Assembly: GCA_021810375.1 (NCBI GenBank) | Contig: JAJZJB010000001.1 | Location: forward strand, 1-53,755 | DNA length: 53,755 bases | Source of the DNA: Candidatus Micrarchaeota archaeon | GTDB taxonomy: Archaea > Micrarchaeota > Micrarchaeia > Micrarchaeales > CABMGC01 | Direction: 5' to 3' | Shown here: positions 1 to 8,062 of the stretch, piece after piece | Layout of the letters: each line of letters opens with the position of its first letter | Position numbering within the stretch: the stretch's first letter is position 1 | Program-made: the position numbers and the translations under genes | Notes under the pieces: model-generated | What the model was told of the DNA's origin: nothing | The model's input: the letters and a program-made list of their open reading frames with translations, nothing else | Database searches by the model: none

Positions 1-647
1 TACTTTACTGCTATCTCCTTTTCCTTGCCTATTATCTCGGGGAAGCCGTTGGAAAGGAAGAACAATGGCAGTTCTGATATAATATCACCTTTTGCAAGCT
101 CTATGTTATGGTAGTCGATAGCCTTGAAGTCTAGGTATTCCTTAAAGCTGAGGGTCTTGATATGGAATTCGTACATGCGCCCTGCAAGACTTTCCCGCAG
201 TTTTTTCCTTATGAATAGGGATTCTGAGCCTGATATCAGGAACTTTATGTTAGGATACGTGTCATATCAAGACTTTAGCTGCTCTTCCCACCCTTCCAAC
301 TTCTGGATTTCGTCGAACAGGAACATGTACCTGCCTGTATCCAGCCTCTTTCCCATCAACCTCGAGTATTCCTGCAGGATCAGACGCAGCTTAACCGCCT
401 TGAATTCGTCAAATGAGAAGTATATTATGTTTTCCCTGCCGAGGGTTGCAAGATGATCCTGCACTATCTTTAGCAGTATGGTTGTCTTACCGGTCCTTCT
501 CAGCCCCACAAGCGCCATTATCTGTCTTTCCGGAAGGAACTTCTGCATTTCATAATATATCTGCCGCGGCTTAAAGTCAAGCTGAAGTTCCCCACGCCAC
601 CATTTGTTAGCTGCCTGCATCGCAGATATTATCTCTTCGTTAGCCAT
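1..647 (-). pseudogene. AAA_14/DUF4143-type ATPase interrupted by an in-frame TGA; runs off the window start
   Basis: Walker A GLRRTGKT and Walker B FLFDEIQ. After the TGA at 267-269 the same frame continues YDTYPNIKFLISGSES...ESLAGRMYEFHIKTLSFKEYL...NGFPE, motifs typical of this family. Confidence 0.8.
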
Positions 648-656
648 ATACTCACT

Positions 657-709
657 TTATGTTAATCATAACTAACCTGTTATATTATATTATGTTAATC
701 ATAAGTAAC
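657..709. promoter_or_regulatory. Two copies of a palindromic operator-like site TTATG-TTAAT-CATAA(c/g)TAAC upstream of the AAA ATPase
   Basis: 657-676 and 690-709 match at 19 of 20 positions. Each contains the inverted repeat TTATG/CATAA. Confidence 0.6.
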
Positions 710-982
710 ATATATAAACATAACCTTTTGGGTATTGATTATTTGTATTTTAGAAAACGCTCTATAGACATCAGTCTGGCCCAATATCTTCTATGATAAT
801 GAGGTTCAAATCACATAGCAGTTGCCCGAAAGACACGTATCCTCCGCTACCGAATCTTATAGGAAAGACTTAAAAATAGCAAAAAGAGATTGTAAACAGT
901 GGATTCAATGAATGGAGGATGCTGCGCACCTTGACATATCGGCAGGGTACTTCTTATTTGATAGTTGACCCAGTATCATATG

Positions 983-2095
983 TCAATTTGCTTGCTTTGT
1001 ATGTTTGTTCTGAAAGTAGTCCATTTTGTCAGCCTGTTTGTAGCCATAAGTCTGAGTAAGTACGCCACGTTGTATCGAATAGGCATTATCAAAGAGCCTG
1101 TAGCATAATCCACCTACTAGTAATTTAGTTACTGTGGCCATTTTTATTTCTATTCCCTTAACTTTTGAGAGCATTTTGCGTGTCTTTTCAAGTTCACCAT
1201 CTTTAAATACGGGTTTGAAGAGTATTGTTCCAAAAGGAACCCCCGTGTCTCCTGCTAGGGAATAGGTATTTGTAATATTCTTTGGGTCACTACTTATGTT
1301 GACTAAGAATATTGGTCTGGTCTTGGCAAATTTTTTCTGATTGATTACGTCTACGAAGATAACTCCAGTATACAGAATCGGTAGCTTGTCCATATTTATT
1401 GTTATTCTCTCAAGCACCTTGCCCTCAAGGAGCTTTCCATATGCATACTGGGATCTGCCCCTATCGAATCCATATTTTCTGTCTATGCTAGTAAAATCAA
1501 CAGCCCCATTGAAGTTTAGCTCGGTCAGGACTGCAAATTCTCGCATTAATATTTGTTGTTTCTTGTCATTGTTTCTTATAACACGACTTCGCGTTCGTTT
1601 AAGAACACGTGTTTCGAGAAGTTGAAGAAATTCGTTTCTAAGCGGCACAAAACCATAGTGTTCATAAAACGGTGTTACATTCCATTTGGAAGGATAATCA
1701 CACAAATCAGTTTCTCTTGCTAGAGATCTAATAAGATAGAGCAGTTCTTGATTATCTGTACACAGAACATATATGATTAAGTCATGCTCACCACCAACAA
1801 GACTCATTGCAAATTGCACTCGCGGCTCCTTTTTAAGAACCCTGATTAGTATTTCGACATCTGGAATCTTGTCGATAAACTTTACTAGCATAAGAAATTT
1901 TAGATATCCTAGTTGCTCCAAGTTTATTTCTGGCACATACCTAATACCGCATAGCCTTTCAAGCTTTTTTATCCTTCTATAAGTTGGTTGTTTAGTAAGT
2001 CCTACCTTACGGCCTATAAGCGTTAAAGATGCCCGTCCATTCATGCTTAATGAAGTAAGAATTGTTCGATCAGCATTGTTGTTCCTCCTGCTCAT
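983..2095 (-). CDS. Lrp/AsnC-family transcriptional regulator, tandem-duplicated (HTH-RAM x2), 370 aa
   Basis: N-terminal AsnC HTH (DRTILTSLSMNGRASLTLIGRKVGLTKQPTYRRIKKLE) and INLEQLGY linker. A second degenerate HTH (VLTELNFNGAVDFTSIDRKYGF...) lies mid-protein. Confidence 0.8.
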   Translation of the reverse strand: MSRRNNNADRTILTSLSMNGRASLTLIGRKVGLTKQPTYRRIKKLERLCGIRYVPEINLEQLGYLKFLMLVKFIDKIPDVEILIRVLKKEPRVQFAMSLVGGEHDLIIYVLCTDNQELLYLIRSLARETDLCDYPSKWNVTPFYEHYGFVPLRNEFLQLLETRVLKRTRSRVIRNNDKKQQILMREFAVLTELNFNGAVDFTSIDRKYGFDRGRSQYAYGKLLEGKVLERITINMDKLPILYTGVIFVDVINQKKFAKTRPIFLVNISSDPKNITNTYSLAGDTGVPFGTILFKPVFKDGELEKTRKMLSKVKGIEIKMATVTKLLVGGLCYRLFDNAYSIQRGVLTQTYGYKQADKMDYFQNKHTKQAN

Positions 2096-2456
2096 CAGTA
2101 TCCGCTCTACTTAGTCTTTGCCAGTAAGATTTATAAACTATGGTATGGCACTATTCAGAGTGCGAACATTTTCTAGACTAGCTTATAGGTAAATTAAAAC
2201 GAATACCGGAATATAGTAATAGCATCAGTGATATAATCAGATATTTATGTATCGTATATCAATTATATTTATATTGAAAGCCTTCCATAATATTACTCAC
2301 GGATTCAGGGGATAGGAATGGGATTTGGCAAACGAATTGATACGTATCTATTTCTTTTGCTAGCACCCCACACCCCACAGACTAGCAGGGCCTTCCCGTT
2401 CGCCCTGAATCCGTTACCCCATACTTCATACTGAAATACGCGGATTTGGTGGAATA

Positions 2457-2582
2457 ATGAGCATACTGGGATTTGGTTCAAGGAAGGCAAGCAGGGATAT
2501 CTACTCCACACCTGATGACAGGAGGCCGGTGAAGCTACTTGAGATAAGGCAGAATGTCTGGCAGGTAGTTTACGCAGATTGA
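2457..2582 (+). CDS. Small hypothetical protein, 41 aa (MSILGFGSRKASRDIYSTPDDRRPVKLLEIRQNVWQVVYAD)
   Basis: Read by hand. Preceded by a TTGGTGGA SD-like element like the one before the next gene, and ends 18 nt before it. Confidence 0.5.
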   Translation: MSILGFGSRKASRDIYSTPDDRRPVKLLEIRQNVWQVVYAD

Positions 2583-2600
2583 TGCTTAATTGGTGGATAA

Positions 2601-2867
2601 ATGGTTGGGAAAGAAGTCAGGAGAATTAGCCACGGCTATCACTATTTCTTCGTGAAGCCAAAGCAAAATGGAAGCGTAGATAAGGCAGTTGCACGCCTTA
2701 TGGAAATAGATGTAGTGAAGGAAGTATCTGTAACAGAAGGCGAGTATGGTTTCGTAGTGAGGACAAATGGGATACATGAAGACGATACGGAAGTGCTATC
2801 ACGTATACGCAAGGTGGTAAAGGGCAAACCCGCAAAGGCAATCTGCTATTGCAGTTACGTAAAGTGA
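2601..2867 (+). CDS. Small protein resembling a stand-alone Lrp/AsnC ligand-binding (RAM) domain
   Basis: VKEVSVTEGEYGFVV resembles the RAM-domain 'VxExxxxxGxYD' pattern. GGTGGA SD. Confidence 0.55.
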   Translation: MVGKEVRRISHGYHYFFVKPKQNGSVDKAVARLMEIDVVKEVSVTEGEYGFVVRTNGIHEDDTEVLSRIRKVVKGKPAKAICYCSYVK

Positions 2868-2888
2868 CTTGATGTATAGCATAGTGGT

Positions 2889-3452
2889 ATGATGGGTACA
2901 ATCGTTTGCGTGACTGGGAGAACCGGTGCAGGTAAAAGTACTATAGTAAAGACCATGGCTGAAGAATTCTCAATGCCATTCCATGGATTTGGGAATTATG
3001 AAAGGCAGAAATGGCTGGAGATGTTTGGTTACAAATCACCTGCAGAGTACTGGACCAAGCTTGGCCTTGAGAGAGGGCATTTCAGCCTCTATCCTGAACA
3101 CATTGCTCAAGTCAGAGATAGGGTCACAGAGAGAGGTATTGCAGTAGAAAGCATATACTCTGTAACTATGCTAGACTTATTGCGTACTGAATTTCCCGAT
3201 CATAGAGCCATCCTTGTAGGTGCAATTGCAAATGATGAATTGAGATTCGAGAGATTCAGGGCAAGGGAAAGCGTTTGGACTGACAGGCCAGAGTATGAAT
3301 TCAAGGTTATGGAGGGTTTCAAAGTGAGAATAGGCATGCTTGTTGCTATGGAAAGGGCAGAATTCGTCATAGAGAATGAAGGAAGTATTGGTTCGTTAAG
3401 GGAAAAAATCCGGGATTTGGGAAATGAACTAAGATTGATAGATTGTAGGTGA
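2889..3452 (+). CDS. P-loop NMP kinase / dephospho-CoA kinase-like (UPF0200-like) protein
   Basis: Walker A VTGRTGAGKST; C-terminal AEFVIENEGSIGSL pattern. Confidence 0.7.
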   Translation: MMGTIVCVTGRTGAGKSTIVKTMAEEFSMPFHGFGNYERQKWLEMFGYKSPAEYWTKLGLERGHFSLYPEHIAQVRDRVTERGIAVESIYSVTMLDLLRTEFPDHRAILVGAIANDELRFERFRARESVWTDRPEYEFKVMEGFKVRIGMLVAMERAEFVIENEGSIGSLREKIRDLGNELRLIDCR

Positions 3453-4099
3453 TGCTTGTGAGGAACTATTTGGAAGTCAATAAACGTGCATACAACCTAT
3501 TAGCAAATGAGTATTATTCCAAATGGGACGCGCGGGCATACGTTATGGATGCAACCATGAGCGTCTTTGTGGCAAGCTTGAGAAGCAGATTCGGAAACCG
3601 CGAAATCAGAGTATTGGACGTTGGTTGCGGTGTAGGTAAGCATACATACTTTCTAGGTAAGAGTGGATTCCATGTTACTGGCATAGACTATGCGGAAAAG
3701 GCTATCGAATTTGCTAGGAAACAGGTAAAGAATTCCGCTTTCATAAACTGCGAGTTCATGCAGTGGGATACAAAAGAGAAGTTTCATGGCATTGCTGCAG
3801 GGGCATTTTTGCACTTGTTTCCAAAACGAATAGTACCTGAGGTCTTAACCAAGTTTGATAGGCTCCTGTTGAGCAGGGGAGTTTTATACATAAACTTCTC
3901 GCTTGAAAAAGAAGGGTTAGTTGTTAAGGAAGACTTCAGGAATAAAGTCAATAGATACAGAAACGGCATGTCAATAGAATTTGCGCTGAAAGAACTATCC
4001 AAGCATTTTGATGTAATAGATATGACGACCAACATTGACTGTACGTCAAGGAGCAAGGCAAAGATATGGTATAATATAACTATGAAGAAGTTATGCTAA
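3449..4099 (+). CDS. Class I SAM-dependent methyltransferase
   Basis: Motif I VLDVGCGVG, then VTGIDY and FLHLF. Confidence 0.85.
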   Translation: MMLVRNYLEVNKRAYNLLANEYYSKWDARAYVMDATMSVFVASLRSRFGNREIRVLDVGCGVGKHTYFLGKSGFHVTGIDYAEKAIEFARKQVKNSAFINCEFMQWDTKEKFHGIAAGAFLHLFPKRIVPEVLTKFDRLLLSRGVLYINFSLEKEGLVVKEDFRNKVNRYRNGMSIEFALKELSKHFDVIDMTTNIDCTSRSKAKIWYNITMKKLC

Positions 4100-4108
4100 A
4101 GTGGTTTA

Positions 4109-4630
4109 ATGGGAGAATTATTGGAAGTTGTAGACGAAAAAGATAACGCAGTTGATATTCAGGATAGGGAGATAGTGCACTCATCGAGGCTATGGCACAG
4201 GCTTGCACACGTGCTCTTATACAACCAAAACGGGGAACTGTTGCTTCAGATGAGGGCGCCGAACAAGAAAGTATACCCAAATAAGTGGGATTGCTCCTGT
4301 AGCGAGCATCTAAAACCGAACGAGGCATATGATGTTGCTGCAAAGAGAGGCCTTGAAGAGGAACTTGGAATCAGGGAAATAGACCTAAAAGAGGTCCTAT
4401 ATTGTCGTGGGGATTACGGAGACGAAGGTAACGTGATTAGCAAAGTATTCGTCTGTAAGACAGATAAGACGCCAACTAGTATAGACACGGAGGAAGTGTA
4501 CATGTATAAGTTCTTCACCGAATCGGGTATCAAGAGGATGCTTGCCGATAATGAAGATGCCTTCGCGACCTGGGCAGCCGAGCAACTCAAATGGAAGCTT
4601 GGACTCCCTAACAAGCTTGAACTATTATAA
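4109..4630 (+). CDS. NUDIX hydrolase of the IDI-1/YfcD-like subgroup
   Basis: HRLAHVLLYNQNGELLLQMRA..K..YPNKWD and Nudix box E..DVAAKRGLEEELGI. Confidence 0.8.
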   Translation: MGELLEVVDEKDNAVDIQDREIVHSSRLWHRLAHVLLYNQNGELLLQMRAPNKKVYPNKWDCSCSEHLKPNEAYDVAAKRGLEEELGIREIDLKEVLYCRGDYGDEGNVISKVFVCKTDKTPTSIDTEEVYMYKFFTESGIKRMLADNEDAFATWAAEQLKWKLGLPNKLELL

Positions 4631-4657
4631 AATGCATGTTAATGGGGATGACAAACC

Positions 4658-4747
4658 ATGGACTATGTGAAGTGCGTAGTCTTTGTGCTCTTCAGGAACG
4701 GAAGATTCCTTGTGGAGAGGCGGCCTGAAACCGAGGAAACAGATCCT
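4658..4747 (+). pseudogene. N-terminal fragment of a second NUDIX hydrolase
   Basis: MDYVKCVVFVLFRNGRFLVERRPETEETDP resembles the two N-terminal strands and pre-Nudix-box loop. It then runs into antisense transposase sequence and stops at 4793-4795. Confidence 0.6.
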
Positions 4748-5518
4748 CTCAATTGCCCATCTTCTCCCATATTCTGGATCCTTGGGAACCTCTGATTTTC
4801 CATGCCCCCTTCCATTGGCAGAGAGGACCGCCTTCACTTCGTTTTCGTGAAGTTCTTTGTATATGTGGGTTGCATCAAAGGCAGAATCTGCAAGGTACTT
4901 CGCACCATGTGCAATATAAAACCTCCAGTTCGCATCATCGAATAATTTGGCGAAGAACACGGAGTCATGTCTATTTCCAGGCGCAATGTAGAAACTCACA
5001 GGGATTTCTGTTTCTGCATCACAAATTATGTGCAGTTTATAACCAAAGAACATGTCATTGGCCTTTCCGTTTGCGTCTTCTTGTTCTCTTTTCGATGGAG
5101 TTCTGTGTCCTTTCTTTGCATCTCTGTCATTTCGTGAAAATGCAGGTACGTCAATACTATCCTGTGCAAGGATACGTATCTGCTTGCCTTTCAATTTGTC
5201 CTGCAGAATCCAGTTATTCAGTTCCTCTATCATTGCAGAATCGGCACACCCTCTGACTTTAGAGAATGTCGATTGGGAAGGTTTCTTTTTATAGCCAATA
5301 ATCTTTCCAATCTTTGTACTAACGAATTTTATAAGTTCTACGTCAGTAAGATCTTCTACCTGTTTCACTACTAATGCAACGATATGTTTTGCAAACTTCG
5401 TTGTATGCCCATATACCTGCACGATTACTCGTGCTGCGACACAAACCTCTGGTATTTTATTCTCTAATTCTTCTATTTTAATGTTAACTTTTCTCCTGGC
5501 AAGGCGGCCGGTACACAT
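4742..5518 (-). mobile_element. DDE transposase (DDE_Tnp_1, IS4/IS5/IS982-like), C-terminally truncated IS remnant
   Basis: AQDSIDV (D1), FGYKLHIICD, YLADSAFD (D2), RRWAIER (E). Sequence after this is the antisense strand of the NUDIX fragment. Confidence 0.8.
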
Positions 5519-5699
5519 CGTATCGGCTCCCAGGAGCTCTATTCCTAACCGATCTACGACGACAAAAAGAGAAGAGAAAACCCTCCGAGGACACTTGAAC
5601 GTAAAGGTATTTAATTTGTCAAGCCCTTACAAATAACAACCATGCCGAAGGGTTAAAATCCTTCGACTCCTAATGCGAATAGAGGATTTCTACAAAGCC

Positions 5700-6299
5700 A
5701 TGAAAATTACATTTGCCACAACGAACAACGTCAAATTCGACATAGCAAGGATAGTTCTGACCCCATATGGGATAGCATTAAACCAGAAGAAAATGGAGAC
5801 GCATGAGCTACAAGCTCTTGATGTAAAGGCTGTTGCATTAGATAAAGCCCACCAGCTAAGGCGGAGAATCAGTGGGCCTTTCCTTGTTGACGATTCGGGT
5901 TTTTACATACGTTCCTTGCATGGGTTTCCTGGAGCGCTTCTTAAGCTGACTTACGCTGCAATAGGTGATGTTGGCCTTTTGAGGCTCTGCAAAGGCCGCA
6001 ACCCAGAGGCGACGTTTGTGAACACGCTCGCTTTCAGCATGCCTGAATCAAAGCAGATTAGGATATTCTCAACGGTTATAGACGGTACGCTGTCAAAATC
6101 TGCAAAGGGCAGTAGAAAGGTGGGGTGGGCGATAGAGCGAATTTTCATACCGTCAGGCCATGCCAAGACAATAGCACAGATGGATAATACAGAATGGCTG
6201 TCCTTCTGGAATAGCTTCTCAAAAGCGTCACATTATGCACAACTTGGAAAGTGGCTAGTTAGAAATAAAGGCAATAGCGTACATAGTCACCAGTCATAA
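5700..6299 (+). CDS. HAM1/ITPase-family non-canonical purine NTP pyrophosphatase, divergent
   Basis: MKITFATTN, ELQ, VDDSGFYIRSLHGFPG, IFIP; C-terminal SHY in place of SHR. Confidence 0.8.
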   Translation: MKITFATTNNVKFDIARIVLTPYGIALNQKKMETHELQALDVKAVALDKAHQLRRRISGPFLVDDSGFYIRSLHGFPGALLKLTYAAIGDVGLLRLCKGRNPEATFVNTLAFSMPESKQIRIFSTVIDGTLSKSAKGSRKVGWAIERIFIPSGHAKTIAQMDNTEWLSFWNSFSKASHYAQLGKWLVRNKGNSVHSHQS

Positions 6300-6326
6300 C
6301 GGCGTAGTTATCCGGAGATGATGAAC

Positions 6327-6372
6327 AATATTTCTATAGAAATATTTATATAGATTATTATCTATAGATAAT
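6327..6372. promoter_or_regulatory. Two perfect palindromes (shared core TCTATAGA) flanking a TATA box upstream of the MNT-HEPN pair
   Basis: AATATTTCTATAGAAATATT (6327-6346) and ATTATCTATAGATAAT (6357-6372), with TTTATATA at 6345-6352. Confidence 0.7.
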
Positions 6373-6373
6373 T

Positions 6374-6958
6374 ATGCAGTATAAGACAATAATGCTTGAC
6401 AGGGAGGGCTATGCGAGGCTTGCGCAGGCAAAGAGGGTGCTGCGCAGGAGGTCGGGGCTGAAGCTGAGCTTCAATGACGTAATAGGCGAGCTTGCCGGCC
6501 ACCGGCTGGAGTTTTCCGACATGGATGAGGAACTGAGAGCATACATCATGGAATTCGCAGGCAAGGCGGCGAAGTTGGAGCAGGTGGAGGGGGTGCTGCT
6601 CTTCGGATCGGTGGCGAAGGGCACGTACAACGAATACAGCGACATAGACGTGCTAATAGTTGCAGGGGATGGGAAGGTAGTAGTCCTTAAAGAGATACTT
6701 GGTCTCACTGCAGGCCTGGCTAGGAGGGGCCGCAAGCTGATGGAGCGGGGCATGCCATCTCTGATCAGCCCGGTCATACTCAATGCGAGGGATCTCAGGG
6801 AGTTCAGGCCCTTCTACTTTGACTTTGCGGACTATGGCATGATCCTGTATGAGAGAAATAATATCCTTACTGATTTCATATACTCGATCAGGAAGATGAA
6901 GCACAGACGTGAGAGCGTAAACAACGTTGAGGTAATCACGTGGCAAGGCAGCCAATAG
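6374..6958 (+). CDS. Minimal nucleotidyltransferase (MNT) antitoxin with an N-terminal RHH/VapB-like domain
   Basis: LFGSVAKGTYNEYSDIDVLIV (GS-x10-DxD); N-terminal KTIMLDREGYARL...SFNDVIGEL. Confidence 0.85.
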   Translation: MQYKTIMLDREGYARLAQAKRVLRRRSGLKLSFNDVIGELAGHRLEFSDMDEELRAYIMEFAGKAAKLEQVEGVLLFGSVAKGTYNEYSDIDVLIVAGDGKVVVLKEILGLTAGLARRGRKLMERGMPSLISPVILNARDLREFRPFYFDFADYGMILYERNNILTDFIYSIRKMKHRRESVNNVEVITWQGSQ

Positions 6959-7350
6959 ACACGGCAGAGGACTGGTTCCAGACTGGTAAGATGGCGTTTA
7001 ATGGCGGAAAGCCCGAACAGGCTCTCTATGCGTTGGAGATGTCAGTTGAGATAGCGCTGAAGGCAGTACTGATCTCCATGCGCGTGGAGGTGCCGAAGGT
7101 GCACGACATAAGGAGAGTAGCCAGGACCTTCCTCGCGGAAAACAAGGCGCTGCCCAAGCCGTTTAGGGACAACTTTGATACATACATTGCCACATTCGAG
7201 ACCCTGCTCAGCATAAGATCCATGGTAGGCTACGGGTTTGAAGGAGAAAAAGAGAAAAAAGAGCTTGAAGCGCAGGCAAAGTCACTTATTCCCGAGTGTG
7301 CAAGGATAATCAGGGCATGCGAAGAGGCAATCAGGAAGGCAGGTACCTGA
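6940..7350 (+). CDS. HEPN domain protein (toxin partner of MNT)
   Basis: VEIALKAVL...VPKVHDI and R..VGY; overlaps the MNT gene. Confidence 0.8.
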   Translation: MARQPIDTAEDWFQTGKMAFNGGKPEQALYALEMSVEIALKAVLISMRVEVPKVHDIRRVARTFLAENKALPKPFRDNFDTYIATFETLLSIRSMVGYGFEGEKEKKELEAQAKSLIPECARIIRACEEAIRKAGT

Positions 7351-7358
7351 TACTCTGT

Positions 7359-7667
7359 TCATTTATAGAATATCTTCCTGTTTGCGCCGCATCTGCATTT
7401 GTATATTACCTGGCCTCTGCTGCTAGCCAGCGTCACGGCGCACGTCTTTCCTGGAATGAGCATGCTGTTGCACTCCTTGCAGAATGAGTTCTTCTCCATC
7501 TTGCCCATTCTCACCTTGTAGTGCGAACTTATCTCTCTTGCAAGCCTTACGTACCTCTTCGATATGGCATCAGGTTCTCTCTCCCTGCCTGTGCGTTCAT
7601 ATGCCAGGCTTAGCAGCCTGCTTATGCGCTCCTGCGCCATACCCCTTACCAGCTTCTCGTCGTACAC
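7359..7667 (-). CDS. rnp4: Ribonuclease P protein component 4 (Rpp21)
   Basis: AQERISRL, RYVRLAREIS, FCKECNSMLIPG and a C-terminal CRCG zinc site. Confidence 0.9.
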   Translation of the reverse strand: MYDEKLVRGMAQERISRLLSLAYERTGREREPDAISKRYVRLAREISSHYKVRMGKMEKNSFCKECNSMLIPGKTCAVTLASSRGQVIYKCRCGANRKIFYK

Positions 7668-7669
7668 TC

Positions 7670-7990
7670 TTACATCTCTATGAAGACATCGCCGCTCGGA
7701 GCGTCGATCCTTGCCTTGTATGAGACTATGTCTTCGGCTGCCCAGGGCGTATTCTCACTCGCATTGCCAGTGTGTATGTTGAACGCCGCGCTATGCCACG
7801 GGCAGATTAATTCGTTTCCGTCTATAGAGCCGTCATAGAGAGGACCGCCCTCATGGGTGCATATGCCTCCCAGTACGTGTATCTTTTCCTGATGCAGGAA
7901 CACCGCGTACTTCTTCCCATTGATTTCAGATTCTACAGGAGAATCTTCCTTGAGATCCTTGGCATTTATGCTGAGCTTGTATTCTGTCAT
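7670..7990 (-). CDS. Rieske [2Fe-2S] ferredoxin
   Basis: CTHEGGPL and ICPWHSAAF motifs. Confidence 0.9.
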   Translation of the reverse strand: MTEYKLSINAKDLKEDSPVESEINGKKYAVFLHQEKIHVLGGICTHEGGPLYDGSIDGNELICPWHSAAFNIHTGNASENTPWAAEDIVSYKARIDAPSGDVFIEM

Positions 7991-8062
7991 AGACTCACGT
8001 CAAGGGATAAATGCCCAGGCAATGCTAATAAGGTTATTGCCAGTCAAGGTTATTGCCAGTCG

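Noticed and set aside
267..269. TGA recoding (selenocysteine or an alternative genetic code)
   Set aside because: Core genes here (rpl15e, rpl4, rpl23, rps19) end in TGA, and the position looks like Leu in the motif LKxLYD. A nonsense mutation or sequencing error is simpler.
680..702. dif-like site (TATATTATGTTAAT resembles the XerD arm)
   Set aside because: There is no matching left arm; better explained as part of the tandem operator repeat.
721..982. Possible gene remnant in the gap before the Lrp stop
   Set aside because: The frames I read gave only short ORFs without recognisable motifs.
4109..4630. Calling the NUDIX protein isopentenyl-diphosphate isomerase (idi)
   Set aside because: It lacks the ENE catalytic glutamates and has no isoprenoid gene context; kept as IDI-like NUDIX.
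6124..6144. WAIERI occurs in both the HAM1 protein and the transposase
   Set aside because: The DNA sequences differ at several codons and the contexts are unrelated motifs; treated as coincidence.
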